Assembly: GCA_963793305.1 (NCBI GenBank)
Contig: CAWBZV010000003.1
Location: 1,184,001 to 1,248,000, forward strand
Source of the DNA: an uncultured Gemmatimonadales bacterium
GTDB taxonomy: Bacteria > Gemmatimonadota > Gemmatimonadetes > Gemmatimonadales > Gemmatimonadaceae
Direction of reading: 5' to 3'
Length of the DNA: 64,000 nucleotides
Shown here: piece by piece, positions 10,453 to 21,384 of the stretch
Numbering within the stretch: position 1 is the first letter of the stretch
Layout of the letters: each line of letters begins with the position of its first letter
Made by a program: the position numbers and the translations under genes
Notes under the pieces: model-generated
The model's input: the letters and a program-made list of their open reading frames with translations, nothing else
The model's database searches: none
What the model was told of the DNA's origin: nothing

Positions 10453-12189
10453 ATGTTCGCCGAATGGCGCGCGCGCTTCGCGACGCTGCGCTTCGGCGAA
10501 AAAATGCGAGTACTGACCCTGGTCTCGGGCGGCGGGTTCGCGCTCGTGGTCGTCGTGACGTTGTTGCTCGGCATCTGGAATGATCTGTTGTTCACGCGGA
10601 TCCAGAAAGGATATTACCCGTCCGTCGCCCTCAGCCGCACCCTGCGCGAGGATCTCGCCAGCACCCAGCGGGCACTGCAAGACGCGGCCGCCGCGCGCGA
10701 TGGCGATCAGCTGACGTCGGCCGACAGCATCGTCACAGGCATGCGCGCCACGCTCCGCGGCGCGCGCGACGTCCCTACCGTGTCCGCGGACCGGATCGAT
10801 CGCCTGGACAGCGCGGTCGCGACATACGGCGCGCTCGCCCACGGTGTGACGGCACGCATGATCGCCGGCGAGTCGGGCGACGCGATCCTCGGTGGCATCC
10901 GGACGATGTCCGAGCACTACGTCGCGATTCGGGACACGCTCGACGCACAAGCCCAACGCGATGCGAACGCGATCGCGCATGCGTTTACCATGGTCCGCTG
11001 GCTGCAGCGCAGCGCCATCCTCGTGAGCGTCCTGGTCATGCTCGCGGCGCTGGCCCTCGTGCTCTGGCTGAGCCGCACCACCGAGGAAGCGTTCGCCGAG
11101 CCGCTGGCGGACGCGGTGCGCGTCGCCGAAGCGCTCGCGCGCGGTGAGATGGCGACGACGACGGCCGCCGCGAACGAAGACGAAGCTGGCCAGTTGCTGC
11201 GCGCCATGAACGGCATGACCACGTACCTGTCCGAGATGGCCGCCATCGCACAGGAGATCGCCCACGGCGACCTGTCCACGCCGGTCGCCCCCCGATCCGC
11301 CCACGACGTGTTCGGCAACGCGTTCGCCGATATGATCGCGTACCTGCGAGAGAATGCCGGCGTGGCGGACGCGATCGCCGCGGGCCGCCTCTCGGTCACG
11401 GTCCGGCCGCGCTCGGCCCGCGATACGTTCGGCAACGCGTTCGTCGCCATGCTCGCGACCCTCACGCGCGTCATCGGCGAGCTCAAAAAGAGCGCCAGCG
11501 CCACGTCCACGACCGCCATCGAGCTCGTCGCCGCGTCGAATGCGCTCTCCGGCACCGCGTCGGACGAAGCGTCGAGCGTCGAAGAAACGACCGCGAGCCT
11601 GGAGAGCATCAGCGCGGCGGCGGTCCAAAATGCCGACAGCAGCAAGGCCGTCGAGGCCATCGCCCGGCAGGGCGTCACGCGGGCCGCCGATACGCGGCTG
11701 GCCATGGACGAGATGAGCACCGCCATGCAGACCATCACCAACGCGCTCAGCGTGATCGACGCCATCAGCCAGCAGACGAACCTGCTGGCGCTCAACGCGG
11801 CCATCGAGGCCGCGAGAGCCGGCGACCAAGGGCGTGGGTTCGCCGTGGTCGCGGCCGAGGTGCGGACGCTAGCCGAGCGGAGCCGCGAGGCGGCGGGGCA
11901 GATTGGGACGGTCACCGTGTCGAGCCGCGACACGGCGGCGCGCGCCCGCGAGCTGCTCTCGACCCTCGTGGCCGCCATGGAGGAGACCGCGAGCCAGGTG
12001 CAGACCGTGAGCGCCGGCTCAGCCGACCAAGCGTCGGCCCTCGACGCCGTCCAGCGCGCGGTGGCGCACGTCGATCACATCGCGCAGGAAAATGCCGCCT
12101 CGGCGCAGCAGCTGACGGCGATGGCGGCGCGGCTCTCCGAGCAGGCGGGGACCATCACCCAATTGATCGGGTTCTTCGCGGCCGCGTAA
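10453..12189 (+). CDS. Methyl-accepting chemotaxis protein
   Basis: Two TM segments, a periplasmic helical domain, repeated HAMP segments, and the signalling hairpin [37 protein letters not shown]. Confidence 0.93.
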   Translation: MFAEWRARFATLRFGEKMRVLTLVSGGGFALVVVVTLLLGIWNDLLFTRIQKGYYPSVALSRTLREDLASTQRALQDAAAARDGDQLTSADSIVTGMRATLRGARDVPTVSADRIDRLDSAVATYGALAHGVTARMIAGESGDAILGGIRTMSEHYVAIRDTLDAQAQRDANAIAHAFTMVRWLQRSAILVSVLVMLAALALVLWLSRTTEEAFAEPLADAVRVAEALARGEMATTTAAANEDEAGQLLRAMNGMTTYLSEMAAIAQEIAHGDLSTPVAPRSAHDVFGNAFADMIAYLRENAGVADAIAAGRLSVTVRPRSARDTFGNAFVAMLATLTRVIGELKKSASATSTTAIELVAASNALSGTASDEASSVEETTASLESISAAAVQNADSSKAVEAIARQGVTRAADTRLAMDEMSTAMQTITNALSVIDAISQQTNLLALNAAIEAARAGDQGRGFAVVAAEVRTLAERSREAAGQIGTVTVSSRDTAARARELLSTLVAAMEETASQVQTVSAGSADQASALDAVQRAVAHVDHIAQENAASAQQLTAMAARLSEQAGTITQLIGFFAAA

Positions 12190-12248
12190 GAAGACAAATG
12201 TCTCACCAGTGAGATGTTGCTTCACGCCCGCAGGCCCGTCTCCGTAGT

Positions 12249-13385
12249 ATGAGACCACACCTCTTGCGCTGTCTCGGCGCCGCCGGCGTGCTCGTGCTGA
12301 GCGTTCCGCGCAGCGGCCGCGCCCAACTCGATTCGACGTTCCTGTCGCGGCTATCCATTCACGGCTATCTGACGCTCGGCTATGGCATTTCCGGAGCGCA
12401 GCCGCAGCTGGGACTCCCGACCGATGGCAGCGTGGACTACGATCGCGCCGCCCTGCTCGGCCAATTCGCGCTCGCCTCGCACAGCCACCTGGTCGTCCAG
12501 GTCGCCCACCGCGACCTCGGCACCGAGAACTCGCTCTTCAACGAGCCGACATTCATTCTGGACTGGGCGTACTTCGAGCAGCGCTTCGGCGACAACACCC
12601 GCCTCCGCGTCGGCCAGGAGCCGCTCCCGATCGGGATCTACAACGAGATCCGCTACGTCGGCACGCTGCTGCCATTCTACCGCGCCCCGTACACGACGTA
12701 CAGCGAGGGCTCGTACACGCAAGAGAATCTCCAGGGTGCGATCTTCACGCAAACGATCGAACCCCACGGGATGTTCCCGGTCGATTTCAACGCCTGGGCC
12801 GGCCAGTACAACTACGCGGAGAAGGGAACGGTCACTGTCAACGGCGCGACGACCACGGCGTCCGTGCCAGCGACCGCGCACAACGTCGTCGGCTCCTGGA
12901 TCTGGGTGCGTACGCCGCTCGACGGATTCCGCTTCGGTGGTGGCATCATGCACTACGTGCCCGAGGGTGGCGTCACCGAGCAGGTCCTCGGCAAATCTGA
13001 CGAGACGGACTCGTACGCCTCGGTCGACGCCACGTTCGATCGCTTTCAAGTGCGGTCGGAGGTGTCCCATGCCCTCCGCTCCGGCGGCAAGCTGAATTCG
13101 ACCCAGGGATACGCCCAGGTTGGCGTGAAGGTGATCGACCCGCTCACGCTCAACGCGCAGCTTGAGCTCCAGCACGTGCACTACGCCGTCGCGCCAGGCT
13201 ATGCCGCGAACGCCGACCTCCAGCACGATTTCGGGTTCGGCGCCAATGTCGCGCTGCCCTGGTCCGCGGTCTTCAAGCTCGAAGGCCATGCGACACGCGG
13301 GTACGACTATGACACGAATCCCTCCGTGTTCGGCCCGCCGACGAAGGGGTCGTACGGCATTGCCAGCCTCGCCTTTATTTTCTAA
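12249..13385 (+). CDS. Outer-membrane beta-barrel (porin-like) protein
   Basis: Signal peptide, LDWAYFEQRF, RLRVG, PIGIYNE, alternating beta-strand pattern, C-terminal Phe. Confidence 0.7.
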   Translation: MRPHLLRCLGAAGVLVLSVPRSGRAQLDSTFLSRLSIHGYLTLGYGISGAQPQLGLPTDGSVDYDRAALLGQFALASHSHLVVQVAHRDLGTENSLFNEPTFILDWAYFEQRFGDNTRLRVGQEPLPIGIYNEIRYVGTLLPFYRAPYTTYSEGSYTQENLQGAIFTQTIEPHGMFPVDFNAWAGQYNYAEKGTVTVNGATTTASVPATAHNVVGSWIWVRTPLDGFRFGGGIMHYVPEGGVTEQVLGKSDETDSYASVDATFDRFQVRSEVSHALRSGGKLNSTQGYAQVGVKVIDPLTLNAQLELQHVHYAVAPGYAANADLQHDFGFGANVALPWSAVFKLEGHATRGYDYDTNPSVFGPPTKGSYGIASLAFIF

Positions 13386-13386
13386 C

Positions 13387-13809
13387 ATGACGCGCCGTCT
13401 GATTGCGGTACTCGTTGCGCTCGTTCTCGCGCGGCCGGCGGCCGCCCAGGATGTCGTCGTCGTCGTGAACAGCGCCAACGCGGCCTCGTCGAGCACGAAG
13501 GCCAACGTCGCCGCCCTCTTCCTGAAACACACGACGAAGTGGCCCAATGGTTCGGCCGCCGTCTGCGTCGACCAGAGTGAGGGCGCGGCCGTCCGCGAGG
13601 CATTCTCGAAGAAAGTGCTCGGCAAATCCACGAGCGCCGTGAAGGCCTACTGGCAGCACCAGATCTTCTCCGGCCACGACCTCCCGCCAGTCGAAAAGTC
13701 CGGCGATCAGGCCGTGCTCGACTTCGTCCGAACGAATCCCGGCGCGGTCGGATACGTAAGTCCCGGTACGTCCCTCGGCAGTGGAGTCAAGGCGCTGTCC
13801 GTGGAGTAA
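13387..13809 (+). CDS. Small secreted PBP-like protein (commonly annotated phosphate ABC substrate-binding-like)
   Basis: Signal peptide, VVVVNSAN, ALFLK, YWQHQIFSG, VLDFVRTNPGAVGYV. Confidence 0.75.
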   Translation: MTRRLIAVLVALVLARPAAAQDVVVVVNSANAASSSTKANVAALFLKHTTKWPNGSAAVCVDQSEGAAVREAFSKKVLGKSTSAVKAYWQHQIFSGHDLPPVEKSGDQAVLDFVRTNPGAVGYVSPGTSLGSGVKALSVE

Positions 13810-13817
13810 ATTCCAGG

Positions 13818-14747
13818 GTGCATCGCATCCTGGTATTCCTCATGGCGCTCGTGCCCGCCGTCGCGGGAGCGCAAGTTGGATGGATTTCGACCCCGGACTC
13901 GATGGCCCTGTTCTATCGAGTCCAGGGTCAGGGCCCCGATACGATCATCGCCATCCACGGCGGCCCCGGCGTGGACCTCGAGAGCATCGCGAACGACTTC
14001 GCGCCGCTGACCGAGCATCACGTCGTCATCTTCTACGACCAGCGTGGCGCCGGTCGTTCCACGCTGCCCCAGGACACGACCACGCTCACGGCCGAGAACC
14101 AGATCTCGGATCTCGATGCCGTTCGCCGTTACTTCCATCTGACTCGCGTCACGCTGGTCGCGCACTCGTACGGCCCGCTCCTGGCCGCCACGTACGCACT
14201 GGCGCATCCGGACGCCGTCAAGCGCATGGTCTTCTTCAATCCCGTACCTCCGCGCCGAGGCGATTTCTGGCAGCGGTTCGGCAAGACCATGAATACTCGG
14301 CTGGACAGCGCGCAGCGCACGGAGCTGGCCCGACTTCAGAAAAAACTGGATGATCCGGCGAGTGGCATCCAGGAAGACTGCCGGGCGTTCTGGAACATCG
14401 CGCTGCGCCCGCGCCTCGCCAACCCCGACAGCTCCATGCACTTGATAAAATCAGACCTCTGCGCTTCTGATCCCGTCGGCATCCGGTATGGCCTGACGGT
14501 CACCAACCGGTTGGTCATGGCCTCGTACGGTGACTGGGATTTGCGAGCCAAGCTGCATGGTCTCAACGTGCCCCTGCTCGTCGTCCACGGCGAAGAGGAC
14601 GCCATCCCAATGGATCTCGTACAAGAGTGGGTCACCTCAATGCCGCATGCCCAGCTCGTGCGCGTGCCGAACGCCGCCCATTTCTCGTACGTCGAGCAAC
14701 CCCAGATCGTCTGGCCCGCGGTCGAGAAGTTTCTTACTGCACGCTGA
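13818..14747 (+). CDS. Alpha/beta hydrolase, proline iminopeptidase-like
   Basis: HGGPG, YDQRGAGRS, AHSYG nucleophile, HGEED, AAHF. Confidence 0.85.
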   Translation: MHRILVFLMALVPAVAGAQVGWISTPDSMALFYRVQGQGPDTIIAIHGGPGVDLESIANDFAPLTEHHVVIFYDQRGAGRSTLPQDTTTLTAENQISDLDAVRRYFHLTRVTLVAHSYGPLLAATYALAHPDAVKRMVFFNPVPPRRGDFWQRFGKTMNTRLDSAQRTELARLQKKLDDPASGIQEDCRAFWNIALRPRLANPDSSMHLIKSDLCASDPVGIRYGLTVTNRLVMASYGDWDLRAKLHGLNVPLLVVHGEEDAIPMDLVQEWVTSMPHAQLVRVPNAAHFSYVEQPQIVWPAVEKFLTAR

Positions 14748-15246
14748 CCAGTAAGTCGCGCGACCGGACGAAGAAGGTGACCACCGCGCGCCGTTGCTCG
14801 TTCAACGGCCGCGCCGCGCTGACGCTATCCGCGGCGGCACGAACCGCGGCCGCGGCTTGTGCGAGATCCGGCGCCCGATCGGTCTGGAGCACCGACAGCA
14901 CGTGCCCCACGCGGTCGAACGCATCGTGCGCAATGTCCGCGTCAACGGCACCCGGTGGCGCCACGTCGAGCGCCCGGGCCAACGTCCGCACGGTCTCGAC
15001 CTGATCCGGCGAGCTCGGTGCGGTCGCCGCGATGGCGTCCGCCAGCATGCGGAGCCCGCTCGCCGCATGCGCGTCGGCCGCGTGCGGCGTCCACGGGTTG
15101 CCGAGGGGCTGCGCGGTGAACGCGGTGAGCGCGACGAGCGTCGCCTTGACGCCACCGCGTTGATTCCGCGTCGCGACGCCCACACTGAGTAACGCCAGGA
15201 GCACGAGGCCCAACAGCCACGCCACGGTTGTGCGCGGAGCCGCCAC
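14734..15246 (-). CDS. Hypothetical membrane-anchored protein
   Basis: N-terminal hydrophobic segment; abuts the LytTR stop, so probably in the same operon. Confidence 0.5.
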   Translation of the reverse strand: MAAPRTTVAWLLGLVLLALLSVGVATRNQRGGVKATLVALTAFTAQPLGNPWTPHAADAHAASGLRMLADAIAATAPSSPDQVETVRTLARALDVAPPGAVDADIAHDAFDRVGHVLSVLQTDRAPDLAQAAAAVRAAADSVSAARPLNEQRRAVVTFFVRSRDLLVSVQ

Positions 15247-15247
15247 G

Positions 15248-16004
15248 CTACCCTCGCGGGAGGCGATCGCGATACTGCGGGCTCATCGGTAGCTCGGTGC
15301 CATCGACCAGCACGACGCGATACTCGCCAGAGACGAGCGCGCGCAGTTCCTTCACGTGATCGATCCGCACGATGAACGAGCGATGCACGCGCGCGAACTG
15401 CGTGGGGTCGAGACGGGACTCGATGCCGGAAATCGTCGACCGAATGAGAATGGCACTTGGTGCCGACATGCAGCCGCAGATAATTCCGGTCGGCCTGGAC
15501 CCAATCGATCGCGCGCGTCGAGACGAAATACGTCCGCCGCCCCATGGTGACCGCGACCCGGTCCAAGTAGACCGTCCGCTCGCGCAACTGATCGACGAGC
15601 TGTCGGACCTGCGTGCCCAGGGCGCCGCCATTCGTCGCCTCCGTCGCGGCCAGCGCGGCCCTCGCCCGATCGAGCGACCGCTCGAGCCGCTCGCGATCGT
15701 ACGGCTTGAGCAAGTAATCGGTCGCGTCCGTATCGAACGCGCGCACCGCATGCTCGGCGTGCGCCGTCACGAAGATCACGAACGGTGGCGGCCGTGAGCC
15801 GAGCCGGTCGAGCATCTGAAACCCATCGAGCTCGGGCATCTGGATGTCGAGGAACAGCACATCGGCCTCGCTGTCCGGCAGCACCTTGAGGGCGTCCTCC
15901 GGGTCCTCGTACTCGGCGACGACCTCGATATCGGACTGCTCGGCGAGCATCGCCTTGAGGCGGCGTCGCGCAAGGGGTTCATCGTCCACAACCATGACTT
16001 TCAT
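15248..16004 (-). CDS. LytTR-family response regulator (frameshift near 15455)
   Basis: REC domain (VDDEPLAR, FLDIQMP, FVTA, DYLLKP); the LytTR end FARVHRSFIV is in a second frame. Confidence 0.9.
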
Positions 16005-17101
16005 GTCAGCTCGAGTGGAACGGTGATGGAAACGACAGTGCCGCGGGGAGCGGCGGGAGAGAGTTCGAGGGTGCTCATGCCGGGGAACATCGCGGCCAGT
16101 CGCGCGCGCGTACTACCCAACCCGACGCGCTCCCGGCGGTCGCTCTCGGGCGGTGGACCGATGCCATCGTCGCGGACGCTCAACACCAACAGGCGGCCAT
16201 CGCAGCGCGCGGCCACGTCAATGTGGCCCGCGCCGCGCCGTGGCGCGATGCCGTGCGAGATCGCGTTCTCGACCAGCGGCTGCAACAGAAACGAGGGCAC
16301 CCGTGCGTTCATGACGTCGGGATCGATGCGCATCGACACCGACAGCCGATCGCCGAACCGCATGCGTTGGAGCTCGACATACGACGCCAGCCGGTTGAGC
16401 TCCGTGCGGAGCGTCACGTGCCCGGTCGTCTCGGCGTCGAGCAACGTCCGCAGCAGATCGCCGAGGCGCACGAGCATCGCCTCGGCGATGATCGGATCCT
16501 CAGGCACGAGGGCCGCGATCGCGTTCAGGGTATTGAACAGGAAGTGCGGCTGGAGCTGGAGCGACAGGGCGTGCAGCCGGGCATCGGCCAGCGAACGCTC
16601 GAGCTGTACGGAGAGCACGCGCTCGCGCCGGGCGCGGTGCACGCGCGAGAGCACCGCGTATTCCATCAACAGCACGAGCGCCTGCTGCGCGTTCGTCTCG
16701 AACAGATAGCGGAACGAGAGCAGCGGCGAGGCGAGGGCCGATTTGGCGGCGTCGGACAGCGTGCTCCCCGCGACCCAGAGGCCACGGACCATCCACGCTT
16801 GCGCCGCCGCGGCCGCGATCCCAACAACGGTCCACCCGGCGAGGTTGAGCGCGATGCGCGACCGCGGACCGACAAGCGGCACTTGGTCCAGCGCCAGGAA
16901 CACGAACGGCGTGAGCGCCAGCCAGAGCGCCAGATCGGCGCTCGCCCCGAACACGATGTGCGCCGCGGCGGGATCGAACCCGACCGCGCGATTCGCGGCC
17001 ACGATGGGCCGGATCGTTGCCAGCTCGATCACGAGCTGCAGTCCACCGACGGCCGCCCACTCAGCGAGTGTCGCCGTCCGCGCAACTGATTGAGCGCTCA
17101 A
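16001..17101 (-). CDS. LytS-type sensor histidine kinase
   Basis: TM N-terminus, QLQPHFLFNTLN, LQPLVENAISHG, DDGIG, VGLG. The TTG start overlaps the upstream stop. Confidence 0.9.
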   Translation of the reverse strand: MSAQSVARTATLAEWAAVGGLQLVIELATIRPIVAANRAVGFDPAAAHIVFGASADLALWLALTPFVFLALDQVPLVGPRSRIALNLAGWTVVGIAAAAAQAWMVRGLWVAGSTLSDAAKSALASPLLSFRYLFETNAQQALVLLMEYAVLSRVHRARRERVLSVQLERSLADARLHALSLQLQPHFLFNTLNAIAALVPEDPIIAEAMLVRLGDLLRTLLDAETTGHVTLRTELNRLASYVELQRMRFGDRLSVSMRIDPDVMNARVPSFLLQPLVENAISHGIAPRRGAGHIDVAARCDGRLLVLSVRDDGIGPPPESDRRERVGLGSTRARLAAMFPGMSTLELSPAAPRGTVVSITVPLELT

Positions 17102-17439
17102 ACCGATTTGGCCTCCTCGGCCGTGACGAACACCCACCAGACCTGATCCTCGAGCCCTTCGGTGAGCGGCTCGCCACTATATAGTGGCAGGACGCGACAC
17201 CCGCTCGCCGGCAGGGCGCGCAGCGTGATGCGCCTCAGCGGTTGGTTGACCCGCGCATACGCCACCGGCACGAGAACCGTGCCGCCGTCACTTAACGCGA
17301 CAATGAAGTACTCCGCGTTCCCAGCAGCCCGGCTCTGGACAATCGACTGCACCGACCCGACGGCCACTCGATCCGAGCTATAAACTGTCCAGCCCCGAGA
17401 GTCGGTCATGCGGGCTACGGACATGCGGCCTACCGTCAT
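17098..17439 (-). CDS. PRC-barrel-like small protein
   Basis: GWTVYSSDRVAVGSVQSIV...YFIVAL...VLVPV pattern of PRC-barrels. Confidence 0.55.
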   Translation of the reverse strand: MTVGRMSVARMTDSRGWTVYSSDRVAVGSVQSIVQSRAAGNAEYFIVALSDGGTVLVPVAYARVNQPLRRITLRALPASGCRVLPLYSGEPLTEGLEDQVWWVFVTAEEAKSV

Positions 17440-17451
17440 GTGGCCTACGGA
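17407..17451. repeat. Three imperfect 15-bp tandem repeats (CATGYGGSCTACSGW)
   Basis: catgcgggctacgga / catgcggcctaccgt / catgtggcctacgga. Confidence 0.8.
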
Positions 17452-17553
17452 ACAACCGGGAGGCGCTAGCGGCCAGACGACTCGGGCCGAATCCCGCCGG
17501 TCGCGGGACGTCCACCGGAAATCCGGGGACGGCCCTGCTCGGCGCAGCCGAGC

Positions 17554-19441
17554 TCAGTCCAACCGACCAGTCGAGCGGTGCGAAGCGCTGCCTCGACGCG
17601 CCGCGGAGCGGCGCTCCCGCACGACCTCCGCCGCGAGGTCGATCAGCATACGGACGGTCGGATGCGGCTCGTTGTGCCGGAACAGCAACTCCAATCCCGA
17701 CGGAATGGCGAGCTGCTCGATCGGCACCGCGACGAGCCCCGTATAGTGTCGTCTCGCGCCAAGCGTCCACCCATGCCCCTGCGATACCACCACGCGGGCC
17801 GTGTGCAGGCTATCGAAGGTCCGAATGTGGCGCGGCCGAAACGGGAGCGCGGTGATGACCGCGTCGTAAAAGTGCGGTTCGCCGTCGCGCCGGATAAAGA
17901 GCAACGGCACGTCGGCGAGATCCTCGGCGCGCAGGATCGCATGTCTCGCCAGCGGATGGGTCGGGGCCAGCAACGCCGAATCAAAGACATAGCTCGCGAT
18001 GCGCATCTGCTCGATGCCCGTGGGGACCGTGGCATGCAGATGCCCGACGCCGAGATCGATACGTCCGTCGAGCAACGCCAGAAATTGGTCAGGGGTCGGC
18101 AGCTCCTCGACGACGATCTCGATATCGGGGTATCGCTCGGCCGTGCGGCGCAGCACTTCCCGCATGACGGGACTGGCGTGCATGATGTCGACACCGCTCA
18201 ACACGCACCGCTGTCGATGCAATCGCCCAATGCGCGCCGCTTCGGCCACCGCCGCGTCGACCGCCCCGAGCACTTTCGATGCGTCGTGGGCGAGCGATGT
18301 CCCGGCCGCGGTCGGCCGTACGCCGCGCGGCAGGCGATCGAAGAGGTGCAAGTCGAGCTCGCGCTCCAACTCTTCGATGTGCCGGAAGAGCACCGATGGC
18401 GCGACGCCCAGTCGCTGTGCCCCTCTCGTCAACCCGGCTTCTTCCATGAGCGCGGCGAGTGCGCGCAGATGATGCAACTCGAGCCCGCGGGTCTTCGGTG
18501 CGTCACGCGCGACGGTCGGCGGAGGTGCCGGCGTCGCCCCGTCCCGGACGGCTTCGAAGAACGTCGACGATCTGCCGGATGATCGGCCGCTGATCGTCGG
18601 CGCGCCACATGACGGCTTCCCAGAGCGGCACGGCGAGCCCGCGGACCGGCACGCCCACCGTGCCGTCCGGCGACACCTGCACGAAGCGATTCGGCAACGG
18701 TTGCCATCCTTGGCCCGCGGCGACGGCGAGAAAAATGGCGTACACACCACTGTGCGTATCGACCAACGGCAATGTGATGCCGAGCCGCGCCATGGCGTCG
18801 ACCAGCGAATCGTAGACGTTGGGATGGTACGCGCGCGGCACCCACAGCACTGGATACGCATTCAACTCGTGCGGCTCGATGATCGATCGCGAGGCGAGCG
18901 GATGCGTCGACGACAGCAACGCGACCTCGATGCGCGCGTCGGTGATCCGCTCCGTCGCGATGTCCCGCAGGTCCGGCGGTGGCTCGACCCCGAGGGCCAC
19001 GTCAAGCGTGTGCCCGAGGAGCCCCCGCCATTGGCTCGGCCCCGCTTCGAGGTCCTCGATCGTGAGCTCGATGTCAGGAAATTGTTCGCGGATGATCGCC
19101 AGTCCGCGCTGGACCAGGGCCGAGGCCAATGACCCGCGCCCCACGCCGAAACGGACACTGCCGCCCATGCCGTGAGCCGCGCGCGCAGCCCGGACGGCGG
19201 CGCCATCGATCTGCGCCAGCATCGCGCGCGTCGCGGACAGCAGCGCCGCGCCGGCCGGCGTCGGCTCCACGCCCTTTGCGTGCCGAGCCACGAGGTCGGA
19301 GCCGATCGCGCGCTCGAGCAGTTTGAGCTGGCGCGAGATCGCCGGTTGCGCGACGCCCAGCTTCGCCGCCGCGCGACCGATCGTCCCCTCCTCGGCCACC
19401 GCGACGAAGTAGCGAAGCTGACGGAGATCCAGCCCGCTCAC
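17554..19441 (-). CDS. Double-module LysR-type regulator B (HTH-SBD-HTH-SBD; frameshift near 18560)
   Basis: GTG at 19441 overlaps the upstream TGA. Module 1 starts LDLRQLRYFVAVAEEGTIGRAA; module 2 starts GLELHHLRALAALMEE. Removing one base near 18560 gives DVFEAVRDGATPAPP, a linker like that of the intact paralog. Confidence 0.8.
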
Positions 19442-21279
19442 GGCGCCCGCTTGCGCCGCGCGTGGCGAAGGATCGCGCGCACGGCCCGCGCGGCGGGTTT
19501 CGGCTCGTCGCGCCGCCACAGCATCTCGAGGCCCCACGGAATCGTGAGACCCACGAGCGTCCGTCGGACGGTGCCCCGCGGCACGCGCGCCGACCGCGAC
19601 AGAAATCCCAGCGTCCACCCGCGTCCCTCGGCGGCGAGCCGCCACAGGACCTGAATGCTGTTGACGGTGGTTTCGAGGCGGGGGACGAGGCCAATGCGAG
19701 CGAGCGCCTGCATGATCTGATCGTAGAACTCGGGCTGAAAGCTGCGATCCATGAAGAGAAACGGGACGTCGCGAAGGTCATCCGCCGTCAGCGTCCGGTG
19801 CGACGCCAGCGGGTGGTCTTCCGCGATCAGCGCCGAGTCGAGCCGGTCGACGCTGAGTTGTTGCCGGGCGAGACTCGCGGGCAGCGGCGCCCCGACCATC
19901 ACATGGCCGATACTCAAGTCGATCGTACCCGCCAGGAGTTCCCCCCGCTGGCGGGGCGTCGGGACATCTTCGATGACGATACGGACCGCCGGCAGGCTGA
20001 CGGCGGTCTCCCGGAGCAGCACGCCGAGGAGCTTGCCGACCTCGTTCGTGGCGACGGCGCCGATCACGCAGCGCATCGACATCTCGTTGCGCATCCGCGC
20101 CGCGTCGGCCGTCAGCGCGTCGACGGTCGTCAAGACGCGCATCGCATCGGTCGCCGCCGCGAGGCCCGCGTGCGTGGGGACCGTTCCTTTCGCACCCCGC
20201 GTGATCAGCTGGACGCCAATCTCGTGCTCGAGGTCTCTGAGTTGCCGCGAAAGTGCCGGTGGGGTCAGGCGCAGCCGCTGCGCGGCGCGCCCCAGGCTCT
20301 CCGACTCTACCACGGTGGCCAGAGCGCGCAACTGTCTCAGCTCCAGGCCCCGCAGCACGTCCCGTCGAGGTGCCGCGCCATTCAGTGGCGCCGGGCCGCC
20401 ACGAATTGTCTCGATGGCGCGGAGCACATGTGGCCGGGTCTCACTCGCGCGCCACATGAGCCCCGTGGCCATCGTGACATGCAATCCCTCCACTGGAATC
20501 GCGACGGTGCCCGCGGGCGACATCTGCAATGCTTGTCGCGACCACAGGGTCCACCCAGCGCCGGAGCCGACGGCGAGCCAGACGGCTTTCGGGCCAGAGT
20601 AGCGTGAACTGAGCGGTGGCTTGATTCCCAACTGTCGCAACGTCTCGTCGACCACGCGTGGCGAGTCCGGGTGCCACTCAGCTCTCGGAAACAAGAACGG
20701 CACCGTGGCCAGATCATCGGGACGCAGCAGCGAGAGTGAGGCGAGCGGAGTCCCGATAGGGACGATCGCGCAGTCGAACGGCACGTCATAGAGCGCGGCC
20801 CACGCGAAGTCGTGCGTCGTCACCGGTGACCGCAACCCGATCGCGAGATCGAGCGCTCCCGCGCTCAGCTGCGAAAACTGTTCAGGTCCAGGCTCGACCT
20901 CGCGAATCTCGAGCTCGACATCGGGGAGTCGCTCTCGAATCGCGGCCTCCGCGGGCTGAATGATCTCGAGCCACCAGGCGGATCGCCCGACACCGATGAC
21001 GAGTCGTCCCGTGAGCCCATGTGCGGCATCGGCGGCCCGTCGAACGATCGACTCGGCCTGCGCGAGTATCACGCGCGCACTCGATGCGATGGATTCACCG
21101 ACCGATGTCAGCTTGACGCCAGCCGACTGTCGCGCGAGCAACTCCAGTCCCAGCTCGCGCTCGAGGGCGTGGATCTGTCGCGAGAGCGCGGGCTGGGCGA
21201 CACGAAGCCTCGTCGCCGCCCGACTCACGCTTCTCTCCTCCGCGACCGCTACGAAGTACCGCAGGTGCCGGAGATCCAC
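19438..21279 (-). CDS. Double-module LysR-type regulator A (HTH-SBD-HTH-SBD)
   Basis: One uninterrupted ORF with VDLRHLRYFVAVAEERSVSRAA...QPALSRQI and an internal LELRQLRALATVVESESLGRAA...PPALSRQL, each followed by a full effector domain. Confidence 0.92.
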   Translation of the reverse strand: MDLRHLRYFVAVAEERSVSRAATRLRVAQPALSRQIHALERELGLELLARQSAGVKLTSVGESIASSARVILAQAESIVRRAADAAHGLTGRLVIGVGRSAWWLEIIQPAEAAIRERLPDVELEIREVEPGPEQFSQLSAGALDLAIGLRSPVTTHDFAWAALYDVPFDCAIVPIGTPLASLSLLRPDDLATVPFLFPRAEWHPDSPRVVDETLRQLGIKPPLSSRYSGPKAVWLAVGSGAGWTLWSRQALQMSPAGTVAIPVEGLHVTMATGLMWRASETRPHVLRAIETIRGGPAPLNGAAPRRDVLRGLELRQLRALATVVESESLGRAAQRLRLTPPALSRQLRDLEHEIGVQLITRGAKGTVPTHAGLAAATDAMRVLTTVDALTADAARMRNEMSMRCVIGAVATNEVGKLLGVLLRETAVSLPAVRIVIEDVPTPRQRGELLAGTIDLSIGHVMVGAPLPASLARQQLSVDRLDSALIAEDHPLASHRTLTADDLRDVPFLFMDRSFQPEFYDQIMQALARIGLVPRLETTVNSIQVLWRLAAEGRGWTLGFLSRSARVPRGTVRRTLVGLTIPWGLEMLWRRDEPKPAARAVRAILRHARRKRAP

Positions 21280-21292
21280 GTGGTACCGCCCA

Positions 21293-21305
21293 TGCCGAAA
21301 CGGCA
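21293..21305. promoter_or_regulatory. LysR recognition box (T-N11-A palindrome TGCCG-AAA-CGGCA)
   Basis: Perfect dyad just upstream of the LysR start in the divergent intergenic region; a second dyad TATGC-N5-GCATA lies at 21345-21359. Confidence 0.65.
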
Positions 21306-21384
21306 AGGAAGCCCCAAAAAACAAGTATTGGCCCCCGCTCTACTTATGCCGCTAGCATAGCAGCACGCAAGAGGAGATCACATC

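Noticed and set aside
11300..11445. Repeated GTTCGGCAACGCGTTCG in the MCP
   Set aside because: Explained by tandem HAMP domains (FGNAF twice).
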